From: Geotalea uraniireducens Rf4
GTDB lineage: Bacteria; Desulfobacterota; Desulfuromonadia; Geobacterales; Geobacteraceae
Direction of reading: 5' to 3'
Assembly (NCBI RefSeq): GCF_000016745.1
Contig: NC_009483.1
Location: 2,280,001 to 2,312,000 of the forward strand
Length of the DNA: 32,000 bases
Positions 7,513 to 16,898 of this stretch are shown one piece after another. Position numbers and translations under genes: made by a program. The notes below the pieces were generated by a model, which worked only from the letters and a program-made list of their open reading frames with translations, did no database searches and was not told where the DNA came from. The number at the start of each line of letters is the position of its first letter. The first letter of the stretch is position 1.

Positions 7513-9105
7513 TCAGCGCGCCACGGGTTGCTTCTTTTGACGCTTCTTTCTCTTGTCGCCTTGCGGCCGGTCTTGCTCGATGCGGCGCCCAGAGACGCGG
7601 ATTGCCAGGCCGATGCCGACAATGGAGAGGCTGGCGCAGACCCAGCCGACCCAGTCCCCCAGCAGCGCGTAAACGGTGCGGCCTTCCATCATCGGGATCC
7701 GGCCTACCAGCGTTTCCTTCGTCCATAGCCCGCTGCGGTTGACGAGCCGCCCCACCGGGTCCACGAAGGCGGACACGCCGGTGTTGGTGGCCCGCACGAG
7801 GGATCGCCGGTGTTCGATCGCCCGGAAGCTTGCGAGGACCAGGTGCTCCATCGGTTCGATCGATTTGCCGTACCAGGAGTCGTTGGTCAGGTTGAACATC
7901 GCCTCGGGAACGCGGCAGTCACGCGCGCCGCGCATGAGCGAGCGGATATGTCCGGGAAATATATCCTCGTAACAGATGCTTACGGAGAGCAGATGTTTGC
8001 CGAGCTGGAGCGGCTCCTCGCTCTCCCCGGGCCAAAACCTGCTGGAGTATGGCGACCAAGAGTATAGCTGCGGGAAGGTGTCGCCAAACGGGATGTACTC
8101 ACCGAAGGGGACGAGCACCCTCTTGTCGTATGTGCCGAGAATCCCGCCCGTGCTGTCCGTGAGCATGGCGGTGTTGCAGACGCGGGGTTTGTCCCCCTGC
8201 CACATGCCCAGGGTTGCGCCGATCAGCGCCGGAGTGTGCAGGTCGCCGAGCAGATCTGACGGAAGCCGTCCCTCACGGGACGTTCCATTGATGCGGCAAA
8301 TGCTCTCGGGCCACACGATCAGGTCGAGGGCACGGGTTCCGGCCAAGGTCCTGGACATCTCCCGGTGCTCGCGGAGTAAACCTTCCGGATCTTTGTGCTT
8401 CTCACCAGCCCCGTGATTGGCCTGAACCAGGCCGACCGTCAGCTTCGCGGCGCCCGAGGCCTGCCGGTCCACGGCGCGGATGCGGACTCCTCCATAGACC
8501 AGAACCACTCCGACAACTGCTGCGAAGACCGCAACCTGACGCCAGGCGAATCGCCGGTTCTTGAACCACTGCTCGATTACCGCATAGACCGTGGAATTGA
8601 TGTAAACCACGAGGAAGGTGACGCCGAGGATGCCCGTCACATCCGCTATCTGCGTCAAGAGGGAGAGCTTGTACTGGCTTGCGCCGAGATAGTTCGGGAA
8701 GATCTCGGGCCAGAATTTTTCTGCTGCCGTCCAGACGACCGGGGAAACCCAGGCCACGTTCCAGCCGGTATCACGGGTGATCAGCCGCGTGCCCCACGCC
8801 CATATCGCTAACACGATGCCGTTCGCCGCGGCGAGGAGCATGAGTCCCAGCGTTGCGAGCGGCCACGGCATTCCGGCGAACCCCTGGAACATCTGGATGA
8901 CCCAGTAGAAGCCGCCTCCGTGTGCCGCGATGCCGGCGACCCAGCCGATGAGGAACGCCCGGCCCGGGCGCTGCTCCCGGATCGCCCAAAGGACGGGCAC
9001 GAGGCAGATCCATTCGAGGTAAAACAGGTCGAAGCCGACGTAGCCCAGGAACAGCAAGACGCCGCCCATGACGGCGGCAATCCATGGCACTGCTTTTTCT
9101 ATCAC
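7513..9105 (-). CDS. lnt: Apolipoprotein N-acyltransferase
   Basis: A multi-TM N-terminal half is followed by a CN-hydrolase domain with WPE, ICYEDIFP and NDSWYG-type motifs. The gene is convergent with the peptidase gene, with only 3 nt between the stops. Confidence 0.9.
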   Translation of the reverse strand: MIEKAVPWIAAVMGGVLLFLGYVGFDLFYLEWICLVPVLWAIREQRPGRAFLIGWVAGIAAHGGGFYWVIQMFQGFAGMPWPLATLGLMLLAAANGIVLAIWAWGTRLITRDTGWNVAWVSPVVWTAAEKFWPEIFPNYLGASQYKLSLLTQIADVTGILGVTFLVVYINSTVYAVIEQWFKNRRFAWRQVAVFAAVVGVVLVYGGVRIRAVDRQASGAAKLTVGLVQANHGAGEKHKDPEGLLREHREMSRTLAGTRALDLIVWPESICRINGTSREGRLPSDLLGDLHTPALIGATLGMWQGDKPRVCNTAMLTDSTGGILGTYDKRVLVPFGEYIPFGDTFPQLYSWSPYSSRFWPGESEEPLQLGKHLLSVSICYEDIFPGHIRSLMRGARDCRVPEAMFNLTNDSWYGKSIEPMEHLVLASFRAIEHRRSLVRATNTGVSAFVDPVGRLVNRSGLWTKETLVGRIPMMEGRTVYALLGDWVGWVCASLSIVGIGLAIRVSGRRIEQDRPQGDKRKKRQKKQPVAR

Positions 9106-9158
9106 GTTGGTGTCCTCGTTTTCGGTAATGTCAATACTGTCCGGCTGGAAAACTTCCC

Positions 9159-9884
9159 CTACTCGAGAACCACCAACCGGTTGTCCACGTCGATCACACC
9201 AAAGAGATACCAGGCGTCTGTCTCGGCCACATCCTTCTCCGTCTCGTTTTTCACCGCCCCCTCCAGGATTGCGGTAAAGTCGCGGCAGACCGCCCGGACT
9301 TGCGCCTCATTGACGAAGCGGTCCTTTTCCAGCACCATCCGTAGCGCATCGGTCATTTCTCCGTCAGGGTCCTCCATCGGGTGGTCCACGGCCAGGCTGT
9401 TCACCACGTTCCTGGTCCCCCGCCGCCACCAGGCGAGTACCCCGGCGAGCGCCTTGTGGGCGTAGCTTTCAACCCGGCCGCTCAGGGTCACCACTCCGTT
9501 TTCAACCTCAAGCTCGATAATGTCGCTCGTCTCGCGCGGGGTTTTCCGAAATGCCTTCTCGGTACCGCCGACCCAGGCACGCAGGGCCATGTCGTTGAAC
9601 GCCGACTCCCCGTCCAGTGCTTCGAAGACCAACTCACAGAGGTCCTCGTCCTCCATCACCTCTCCCGGCTTCACCACCAGCCGGTCGTCTATGACGATGT
9701 CGCCTGCCAGTGCCGCCGCATACTCCAGGGCGAGCTTCTTCGCCGCCACGCTGGCCACTTCTCCGGCGAGCACCAGGGTGCCGTCCCGAAGGTCGAGCTC
9801 GATGGGATTGTGGTGGAGATCGACCTTTCTATCCTGCTCAAGGGCGGCCCGCACCTCCTTCAGAATCTTGTCCGTCTTGTCCAT
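9159..9884 (-). CDS. BON-domain protein (OsmY-like, about 3 BON repeats)
   Basis: Repeated pattern: GTLVLAGEVASVAAKKLA..., GVVTLSGRVESYAHKALA..., and TAILEGAVKNETEKDVA ... V.N.L.V. AAGGAGG lies upstream of ATG 9884. Confidence 0.75.
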   Translation of the reverse strand: MDKTDKILKEVRAALEQDRKVDLHHNPIELDLRDGTLVLAGEVASVAAKKLALEYAAALAGDIVIDDRLVVKPGEVMEDEDLCELVFEALDGESAFNDMALRAWVGGTEKAFRKTPRETSDIIELEVENGVVTLSGRVESYAHKALAGVLAWWRRGTRNVVNSLAVDHPMEDPDGEMTDALRMVLEKDRFVNEAQVRAVCRDFTAILEGAVKNETEKDVAETDAWYLFGVIDVDNRLVVLE

Positions 9885-10118
9885 GGCATCCTCCTTGGCG
9901 TCCGGTGAAGGTCAAAGGTGCACGATCACCACTTTACGGTAAAGAGTACCATCTTGCCGCTCCGCTGCAATCTTTGGAAACGAATCGTGATCATCTCCTG
10001 TGAAAAACTGGAGTGCGGGGGGGATAGGTGGAGATTGCTGTGGAGGTCACATAAATTCCGTTGTTAATATGACGCAGTTATGCATAATACAGTCAATTTC
10101 TGGTTTTTGGCTTTACGT

Positions 10119-10144
10119 TGCGTCGTCGCGTCGTTGCGTGAAAC
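10119..10144. repeat. 26-nt GC-rich motif TGCGTCGTCGCGTCGTTGCGTGAAAC (second copy of 6404-6429)
   Basis: Direct comparison by eye gives 24/26 identity to 6404-6429. Confidence 0.75.
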
Positions 10145-10161
10145 AATATATTTGGTTTCGG

Positions 10162-10330
10162 CTAGGAGTCTGTCGGACTTAGGGAATCGTAGCGAGAGAA
10201 TGGCAAATCGAGGACAGATTTTCGGAAATTTGAGAGCGAATAGTGGACCTATTTGTCGAAAATTTCCGGTAATATGGACCGATTTTCCGTTCTCGCAGTA
10301 GATTCATTCCTAAGTCCGACAGGCTCCTAG
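10162..10330. mobile_element. MITE-like non-coding element, 169 bp, with about 39-nt imperfect terminal inverted repeats (CTAGGAG(T/C)CTGTCGGACTTAGG...)
   Basis: The left end 10162-10200 pairs with the reverse complement of 10290-10330 (the first 22 nt are nearly identical). There is also an internal inverted repeat CGGAAATTT/AAATTTCCG. Related copies are at 3486-3518 and 10479-10538. It has no plausible coding capacity. Confidence 0.6.
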
Positions 10331-10358
10331 TACACTGTAATACTTATTCTTTCGCAGC

Positions 10359-10460
10359 TAACCCCTCCTGTCCTCCCCTTAATTAAGGGGATGGACGTGC
10401 TAAGTGAGCTGGCTGGTTTGCTCCCCCTCTTAAGATAAGAGGGGGTTGGGGGGAGTTAGA
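10359..10460. repeat. GC-rich double-hairpin repeat (CCCCTTAATTAAGGGG ... CCCCCTCTTAAGATAAGAGGGGG), same family as 20176-20305
   Basis: Ends TAACCCCTCCTGTCCTCCCCTTA and TAAGAGGGGGTTGGGGGGAGTTA are inverted relative to each other. They are clearly similar to the ends of the 20176-20305 element. Confidence 0.7.
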
Positions 10461-10478
10461 TTTAGATGTTTCATGGTA

Positions 10479-10538
10479 CTAGGAGTCAGTCGGACTTAGG
10501 GAATCGTAGATTCATTCCTAAGTCCGACTGACTCCTGG
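10479..10538. repeat. 60-nt near-perfect palindrome made of the two TIRs of the 10162-10330 family abutted (minimal element)
   Basis: The sequence is CTAGGAGTCAGTCGGACTTAGGGAATCGTAGATTCATTCCTAAGTCCGACTGACTCCTGG. The stem is about 20-22 bp. Confidence 0.8.
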
Positions 10539-10586
10539 GGTTATTGTTTATTTGATTGTGTATCGAAACAAAGGAACAGACTTAAC

Positions 10587-11816
10587 ATGAAAATCCTGCA
10601 TACATCGGATTGGCACATAGGGCGGGCGCTGTATGGCCGCAAACGTTACGAGGAGTTCGAGCAATTTCTTGACTGGCTGATCGGCTGCATTGAGACCGAA
10701 GGGATCGAGGCACTGCTTGTTGCCGGTGATGTATTCGACAACGGCACGCCCAGCAACCGGGCGTTGGAGCTCTATTACCGCTTTCTGTGCCGCGTGGCCG
10801 GCGCGGGGTGCAGACACGTGGTGGTCACGGCGGGGAACCACGATTCCCCTTCGCTCCTCAATGCCCCCCGCGAGGTGTTGCGCCATCTCAACGTTCACGT
10901 TGTCGGCTGCATGGCCGAGGCGGCGGACGAGCTGGTGGTGCTGAACGATAGCGACGGCAAACCCGGGCTGATTGTCTGCGCCGTTCCCTATCTGCGCGAC
11001 CGCGATATTCGCCGGGCCGAGGCCGGAGAAACCTTTGAGGACAAGGGGCGCAAACTGGTGGAGGGGATCCGCGACCACTACCGGCAGGTGGGCGAAGCGG
11101 CCGTTGCCAAGCGCTCCGAGTTTGGGGGGGAGCTCCCCATTATCGCCATGGGGCACCTTTTCACAAGCGGCGGCCAGACCGTGGAAGGCGATGGGGTGCG
11201 GGAGCTGTATGTGGGAAACCTTGGGCAAGTGCGTGCCGATGTCTTTCCCGATTGCTTCGACTACCTGGCCCTCGGGCATCTGCATGTGGCGCAGCGGGTA
11301 AACGGCTCGGACGTCCGCCGTTATTCGGGGGCGCCAATCCCGATGAGCTTCGGCGAGGCCGGGCAACGAAAGATCGTGGTGGCGGTTAATGCAGGCACCG
11401 AAGGGGTTACGGTACGGGAAATACCCGTTCCTGGTTTTCAGTCGCTGGCAACGGTGCGCGGTGACTGGAAGCGTGTCAGCGAGCGTATAGCCGCCTTGAA
11501 AAAGGAGGCCGTTTCGGTATGGCTGGAGGTGATCTACGAAGGGGACGAGGTCATAGGCGATCTGCAGGAACGCTTGCGCGAGCTGATCGACGGGAGTGCA
11601 CTGGAAATCCTGCGGGCAAAGAACATGCGCCTGGTGGAGCGGACCTTGAGCCGGATGGCGACGGAAGAGACCCTGGATGATCTCACCGTTGACGATGTGT
11701 TCGCCCGTTGCCTCGACGCCCATGCGGTGCCGCAGGAACAGCAGGCCGAACTGGTCGCGGCCTTTCGTGAGACAGTTGCCGCATTGCACGAAGAAGCCAC
11801 CCTGGGGGAACCATGA
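10587..11816 (+). CDS. sbcD: Exonuclease SbcCD, nuclease subunit D (Mre11-like)
   Basis: Contains the calcineurin-like phosphoesterase motifs HTSDWHIG, GDVFD, GNHD and GHLH. It overlaps sbcC by 4 nt (ATGA). Confidence 0.92.
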   Translation: MKILHTSDWHIGRALYGRKRYEEFEQFLDWLIGCIETEGIEALLVAGDVFDNGTPSNRALELYYRFLCRVAGAGCRHVVVTAGNHDSPSLLNAPREVLRHLNVHVVGCMAEAADELVVLNDSDGKPGLIVCAVPYLRDRDIRRAEAGETFEDKGRKLVEGIRDHYRQVGEAAVAKRSEFGGELPIIAMGHLFTSGGQTVEGDGVRELYVGNLGQVRADVFPDCFDYLALGHLHVAQRVNGSDVRRYSGAPIPMSFGEAGQRKIVVAVNAGTEGVTVREIPVPGFQSLATVRGDWKRVSERIAALKKEAVSVWLEVIYEGDEVIGDLQERLRELIDGSALEILRAKNMRLVERTLSRMATEETLDDLTVDDVFARCLDAHAVPQEQQAELVAAFRETVAALHEEATLGEP

Positions 11817-14800
11817 AAGTCCTCCGTCTGAGTTTCAAAAATCTGAACTCACTGGCCGGTGTTTGGGATATCGATTTCAAGCACCCCGACTATGTCTCCA
11901 GCGGTATCTTTGCCATCACCGGGCCGACCGGCGCGGGCAAGACAACCATCCTCGACGCCATCTGCCTGGCCCTTTACGGCCAGACCCCCCGTCTCAACAG
12001 GATCACCCAGGGCGAAAACGAAATCATGTCGCGGCAGACCGGCGAATGCTTTGCCGAGGTTGAATTCGAAACAGCCAAGGGGCGCTTCCGCTGCCACTGG
12101 AGCCAACACCGCTCGCGCAAGCAGGCTGACGGCCAATTGCAGTCGCCACGGCATGAGATCGCCGAGGCCGAAAGCGGAATGATCCTCGAATCAAAGCTGA
12201 GAGCCGTGGCCGACAAGGTTGAGGATGTCACCGGCATGGACTTCGATCGCTTCACCCGTTCGATGTTGCTGGCGCAGGGGGGCTTCGCCGCCTTTTTGCA
12301 GGCCCGCCCCGACGAGCGCGCCCCGATTCTGGAGCAGATCACCGGCACCGCGATCTACAGCCGGATTTCCATCAAGGTTCACGAGCGCACCTCGGAAGAG
12401 CGCAAGAGGCTAGGGGAGATGCGTGCCGAGCTCGACGGCATCCAGCTGCTGTCGCCAGCGGAAGCGGAGGCCCTGCTCCGCGAAAAATCCGAACTGCAAC
12501 GGGCGGAAAGCACCCTGACCGCCGATGCCCGGATTATCCGCGAAGCCCAGTCCTGGCGGGAGCGGATAGCGGCTCTTGAGGGTGAACTCCTGCAACTGGA
12601 TCAGGACCGGCTTGCCTTCGAGACGCGCAAAGCTGCGGCTGCGCCGGAGCTGGAACGGCTGGCGCTGGCCGGTCGCGCCCTGAAACTTGGCGGCGACCAT
12701 GCCCATATCCTTTCGATGCGAACGCAACAGGTGGGGGAACAGGGCGAACTGGCGGCCGCCGCAGAACGACTCCCCCAGCTTCAGCTCGGCTGGCAGGCGG
12801 CTTTTGATGCGTTGGAACTGGCTGAGATCGGGCTTGAAAGCGCCCGGGTCGAGCAGACAAGAGAGGCAGAGCTGATCCGCATGACGCGTGCGCTTGATGT
12901 CAAGCTCGGCGAGGCCCAAACCCAGCTAAATGGCTTAACGGCCGACATTGAAAAAACGCATCGCCAGAACGGCGACTATCGCCTGGCGATGGCACAATGC
13001 GAGCAACGCATGAGCGAGACCGGCGAAGAGTTGCAAGGGGTCGCGGCCTTTCTGGCTGAACATCAGGCCGATGTCGGATTGGCCGAGGCCCTGACCGGGA
13101 TCGAACAGCGGCTGAAGGCCCTCAAAACCCTTGACAAGCAGTGCCGCGATACGCAGGCAAAGCTGGGGCGGCATGCCGCACTCATCGAGACCGCCACGCT
13201 CACGCTTAGCCGGGCAGAGACCGTGTGGCAGGGGGCACTGCAAGCCGTCACAGCGGCCGAAAATCGGCTGGCGGGGGTACGTGCGGCACGCGAAGCCCTG
13301 TTGCAGGGACGTGATCTTTCCGCGTGGCGCGATGAAGCGGAAACGCTTGCAAACCGACAGAGTCGCCTGGGAGCGATGCAGGAAACCCTGGCACGGATTG
13401 AAGAGGTCAAGCCGAAGCTGGCGGAGCTGAGGCTGCGCGGGGAAGAGCTTGAGCAGAAGCGGCAGGCGCTTGCACATCGGGAGGAAACGCTGGCGGCGGA
13501 ATCTGAACTGCGAGAGCGGGTTGCCCGTCAGTTGCAGGATAACGTCGTCTTACTCAACCGGGTGCGCAGCCTGGAAGATGATCGGAAGCAGCTCGTGGAC
13601 GGCGTGCCTTGCCCTCTCTGCGGCGCCAGTGAACACCCCTACGCCGCCGGCAATATTCCGCAGCTGGACGAGGCACAGAAGGAGCTGGAGCTGGCTCTCG
13701 CCGAGGCGAAAAGGGTGCGGGAGCTGCTTTCCCGGATCGAGCTGGAGCAGGTTGCTGTTGGCAAGGATCTGCAACAGGCCGGACAGGATCAGGCCGAGCT
13801 TCAGGAGCGGCAGCTGCGCGACGAGGCCTTCTGCGCAAGTGGTTTCGTCGAACTGGGCGTGAGTGCCGACGCGGGGGCGTGGTCGGAGCTCATCCGGCAC
13901 GAGACTGACACATGCCGGGGGGAGTTGGTCAACCGGCGCGGCATCATCCAGGAGGCCGAACAGAAAGAACAGGAAGAACGGAGCGCTCAGGGAGCGCTTA
14001 ACAAGCTCAAGGACGAGCTTGCAGAGCATGATAAGGCGCGACTGGCCGCCCGGCTGGGGCAAGAAGCGGCGCAGTCGGAACGTAAGCGTCTGGAGGGCGA
14101 ATCCGCGGCCCTTCACGATGATCTTGACCGGGTGCTGGCCGAAGTCGAGAGTGCGGTTGCAGCGTATGGCTGCACAGAGATCGTTCCGGACAAGGTCGAT
14201 GAGCTGCTGGCTGCCTTGACTGCCCGCCGCAACGCGTATGTTCTGCGGATGCAGGTTCGGGAGCGTTTGGAAAAAGGGCGTGCCGATCTTGCTGCTGAAA
14301 GGGAGAAACAGCGGGCTCTGTTGGCAGAATCGGAAAAGACGCTCGCCGATAAGGAACAGCAGCTGCGGGAGAGAACCGCACAGCGGGATGCACTGGTCGA
14401 GCAGCGTCTGGAACGGTATGGAGAGCGCAACCCGGATGTAGAGGAAAAACGGCTGGCAGATGCGCTGCGACAGGCCGGCGAGCGGCGCGAAGCGGCGCTG
14501 CAGGAGCAGAACCGCCTTCAGGCCGAGCTTGACGGACTGAACCGGCAGATTGAACGACTGACGGTGTCCATCGCCCGTAGAGGTGAGCAGCTTTTCGAGC
14601 TGGAAACGGCCTTCTGCCTGCGTCTGATTGATACCGGTTTTGCAGATGAGGCAGCCTTTTTGCAGGCGTGCCTGCCGCAGGAGCGCTTCGATGAACTCAC
14701 CCAATGGGCCGACACCCTGTATAAGGATGAGACTGCCATTCAGACCCGTCAGCAGGACCGCAAGGAGGCCTTGGCGGGTGAGCTGAACAGGAATCTGACC

Positions 14801-15496
14801 GACAAGCCGCTTGATCTGATCAGGGAGGAGAACGCCGCTGTTACGGAACAGTTGAGCGAGCTGCAGAAGGGACTGGGTGCGCTTTATCAGAAACTTCAGC
14901 AGCACGCCGAACAGCAGCAGCGCCATCAGAGCCGGCTTGAGGCGATTGAGATACAGAGGCGGGAGTGCGACCGCTGGGAGCGACTGCATGCGCTTATCGG
15001 TTCCGGTGACGGCAAGCGGTTCCGCAATTTTGCCCAGGGGCTCACCTTCGAGCTGATGGTTGCCCACGCCAACCGCCAGCTGCAAAAGATGAGCGACCGT
15101 TATATCCTGGTGCGCGACAGCGCTGAACCGCTTGAACTGAACGTCATCGACAACTACCAGGCAGGAGAGATCCGATCCACCAAGAACCTGTCCGGCGGTG
15201 AGAGTTTCATCGCCAGCCTTGCCCTTTCCCTCGGCCTGTCCAGCATGGCCAGCCGCAACGTGCGTGTCGATTCCCTGTTTCTCGACGAAGGGTTCGGCAC
15301 CCTCGACGAAGACGCCCTTGAAACAGCCCTTGAAACACTTTCAGGCCTGCAGCAGGACGGCAAGCTGATCGGCATCATCTCACACGTTCCTGCGCTCAAA
15401 GAGCGCATCGGCACCCAGATACAGGTAGAGGCCGGCAGTGCCGGACGCAGCACCCTGAGCGGACCGGGATGCCGGCGGGTTAAGGTATCCATATGA
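11813..15496 (+). CDS. sbcC: Exonuclease SbcCD, ATPase subunit C (Rad50-like)
   Basis: Walker A GPTGAGKTT is followed by a long coiled coil with the zinc hook CPLCG near the middle, then the signature LSGGESF and Walker B LFLDEGFGTLD. Confidence 0.93.
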   Translation: MKVLRLSFKNLNSLAGVWDIDFKHPDYVSSGIFAITGPTGAGKTTILDAICLALYGQTPRLNRITQGENEIMSRQTGECFAEVEFETAKGRFRCHWSQHRSRKQADGQLQSPRHEIAEAESGMILESKLRAVADKVEDVTGMDFDRFTRSMLLAQGGFAAFLQARPDERAPILEQITGTAIYSRISIKVHERTSEERKRLGEMRAELDGIQLLSPAEAEALLREKSELQRAESTLTADARIIREAQSWRERIAALEGELLQLDQDRLAFETRKAAAAPELERLALAGRALKLGGDHAHILSMRTQQVGEQGELAAAAERLPQLQLGWQAAFDALELAEIGLESARVEQTREAELIRMTRALDVKLGEAQTQLNGLTADIEKTHRQNGDYRLAMAQCEQRMSETGEELQGVAAFLAEHQADVGLAEALTGIEQRLKALKTLDKQCRDTQAKLGRHAALIETATLTLSRAETVWQGALQAVTAAENRLAGVRAAREALLQGRDLSAWRDEAETLANRQSRLGAMQETLARIEEVKPKLAELRLRGEELEQKRQALAHREETLAAESELRERVARQLQDNVVLLNRVRSLEDDRKQLVDGVPCPLCGASEHPYAAGNIPQLDEAQKELELALAEAKRVRELLSRIELEQVAVGKDLQQAGQDQAELQERQLRDEAFCASGFVELGVSADAGAWSELIRHETDTCRGELVNRRGIIQEAEQKEQEERSAQGALNKLKDELAEHDKARLAARLGQEAAQSERKRLEGESAALHDDLDRVLAEVESAVAAYGCTEIVPDKVDELLAALTARRNAYVLRMQVRERLEKGRADLAAEREKQRALLAESEKTLADKEQQLRERTAQRDALVEQRLERYGERNPDVEEKRLADALRQAGERREAALQEQNRLQAELDGLNRQIERLTVSIARRGEQLFELETAFCLRLIDTGFADEAAFLQACLPQERFDELTQWADTLYKDETAIQTRQQDRKEALAGELNRNLTDKPLDLIREENAAVTEQLSELQKGLGALYQKLQQHAEQQQRHQSRLEAIEIQRRECDRWERLHALIGSGDGKRFRNFAQGLTFELMVAHANRQLQKMSDRYILVRDSAEPLELNVIDNYQAGEIRSTKNLSGGESFIASLALSLGLSSMASRNVRVDSLFLDEGFGTLDEDALETALETLSGLQQDGKLIGIISHVPALKERIGTQIQVEAGSAGRSTLSGPGCRRVKVSI

Positions 15497-16302
15497 TTGT
15501 AAATACGATCGCCAGATGGACAGGTAGTATAGCAGAGTCGGTTCTGTTCCCCTCGCGCTCGGCACGGAAGAGGCTGGCTTTTTGCTATCTGCGTGGTGCG
15601 GGGTTGGAGATCGGTGCGTTGCAGCATCCCCTGGAAGTGCCCGCCGGTGTTACCGTGACGTACGTGGATTATGCCTCAAGGGAAGAAAACATAAAGAAAT
15701 ACCCGGGGATTGATCCAGCCAGTATTGTCGCAACCGACCATATCGAAGACGGATTTGAACTGTCCGGCTTCCAGGCTGCTTCACAGGATTTCATCATTGC
15801 CAATCATGTTCTGGAGCATTGTCCTAATCCGCTGCAAGCCTTGCTGAATTGGGACAGGGTTCTCAGGAAGAACGGAATACTGTTTATAACACTGCCTAAC
15901 GGCCGGAAAAGCTTCGATTACGGCCGGGCGATTACAACCTTTGAACATATTGCGGAAGATTATGAACTGGTGAAAGCCGGCGACCTCACTACGTTTGCAG
16001 CGAGAAATAGAGAGCACTACCGGGAATTCGTCGAAATATCCATTCCGAATCTGCATAAAGTGCAGAGAAATCTGAAAACCTATCGAACTGACGAGGAGAG
16101 GAATGCCTATATTGACAAATTGTCCCGGGAAGCGTCAACGGACGCCCATTTTCATGTTTTTACCAAGCCATCACTGGTTACCGTGTTGAATGCGATAATT
16201 GCCGATTATGCACAAAACCTGTCGTTGCGGGAGATTGCCCGGTCCGGATTTGGTTTTGAGTATGTCGTAATCCTGGAAAAAAGCGGTTCAATCAAATCCT
16301 GA
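15493..16302 (+). CDS. Putative class I SAM-dependent methyltransferase
   Basis: The core is Methyltransf_11/23-like (GLEIGA..., FIIANHVLEHCPNPLQALLNWDRVLRKNGILFITLPN). Its start overlaps the sbcC stop (ATGA at 15493-15496). It is visibly AT-richer than sbcC in spot counts of 60-nt lines (about 43 percent vs 68 percent GC). Confidence 0.6.
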   Translation: MIVNTIARWTGSIAESVLFPSRSARKRLAFCYLRGAGLEIGALQHPLEVPAGVTVTYVDYASREENIKKYPGIDPASIVATDHIEDGFELSGFQAASQDFIIANHVLEHCPNPLQALLNWDRVLRKNGILFITLPNGRKSFDYGRAITTFEHIAEDYELVKAGDLTTFAARNREHYREFVEISIPNLHKVQRNLKTYRTDEERNAYIDKLSREASTDAHFHVFTKPSLVTVLNAIIADYAQNLSLREIARSGFGFEYVVILEKSGSIKS

Positions 16303-16319
16303 AGAAAAAGGATAGACCA

Positions 16320-16898
16320 ATGAAAAACAAGATTGCAAAGTCGGTGGTGATGATGGTGCTTGCGGTTTTTCTGCTGCCGCTGACGGTACAGAGCGAATTT
16401 TACCAGTATCAGGATGAAAACGGTACGGTCAATTTTACCGATGACCCTGCCAAGATACCGAAGAAATTCAAAAAAAAGAAGAAAATCCGCGATGACGACA
16501 TGAGCGACCCGGAGAGCAAGGAGATGCGGGTCAAGATCAACGGCAACCAGGTACTGGTGCCGGTAACGGTATCCTACCGGGGGAAAGAGGTGAAGGCCAC
16601 CTTCCTCCTCGATACGGGTGCAACCACCTGCACGATCAGCCCGGGTCTTGCCCAACGGCTCAACATCAACCCGAGAGATACGGACGTTTCCATGGCGCAG
16701 GTGGTGGGCGGGGCTGTTCATGCCGTCGGCCACGTCAAGCTCGATTATGTCCTTGTCGGGCCGAACCGGAAATACGAGATAGACGCATCCGTCATTTCGA
16801 GCGGCAAAAACAATGACGGTCTTCTCGGTATGAACTTCCTGAGGGAACTCCGCTACCACATCGACTTCAATTCGCACACGATCCGATGGGGAGATTAG
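16320..16898 (+). CDS. Secreted DUF4124-like plus retropepsin-like (clan AA) aspartic protease
   Basis: A signal peptide is followed by FYQYQDENGTVNFTDDP (DUF4124-like) and a lysine-rich linker. It then has the catalytic LLDTGAT and the C-terminal GLLGMNFL typical of TIGR02281-type retropepsin-like proteins. Confidence 0.7.
   Translation: MKNKIAKSVVMMVLAVFLLPLTVQSEFYQYQDENGTVNFTDDPAKIPKKFKKKKKIRDDDMSDPESKEMRVKINGNQVLVPVTVSYRGKEVKATFLLDTGATTCTISPGLAQRLNINPRDTDVSMAQVVGGAVHAVGHVKLDYVLVGPNRKYEIDASVISSGKNNDGLLGMNFLRELRYHIDFNSHTIRWGD

Noticed and set aside
10548-11789. 413-aa minus-strand ORF
   Set aside because: It is exactly antisense to sbcD, which has all the Mre11-type motifs. The translation is Gln/Arg/His-rich with no recognisable motifs. 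This is a typical shadow ORF in GC-rich coding DNA.
13550-15085. 511-aa minus-strand ORF
   Set aside because: It is antisense to the coiled-coil region of sbcC. Its Leu/Gln-rich low-complexity translation mirrors the Glu/Leu/Ala-rich coiled coil. It is not a gene.
10587-15496. SbcCD as part of an SMC-type defence system (Wadjet/Lamassu-like)
   Set aside because: This is the canonical two-gene sbcDC organisation, with Mre11 motifs, a Rad50 zinc hook and a 4-nt overlap. There are no kleisin, JetD or LmuA-like partners. It is interpreted as the housekeeping hairpin nuclease.
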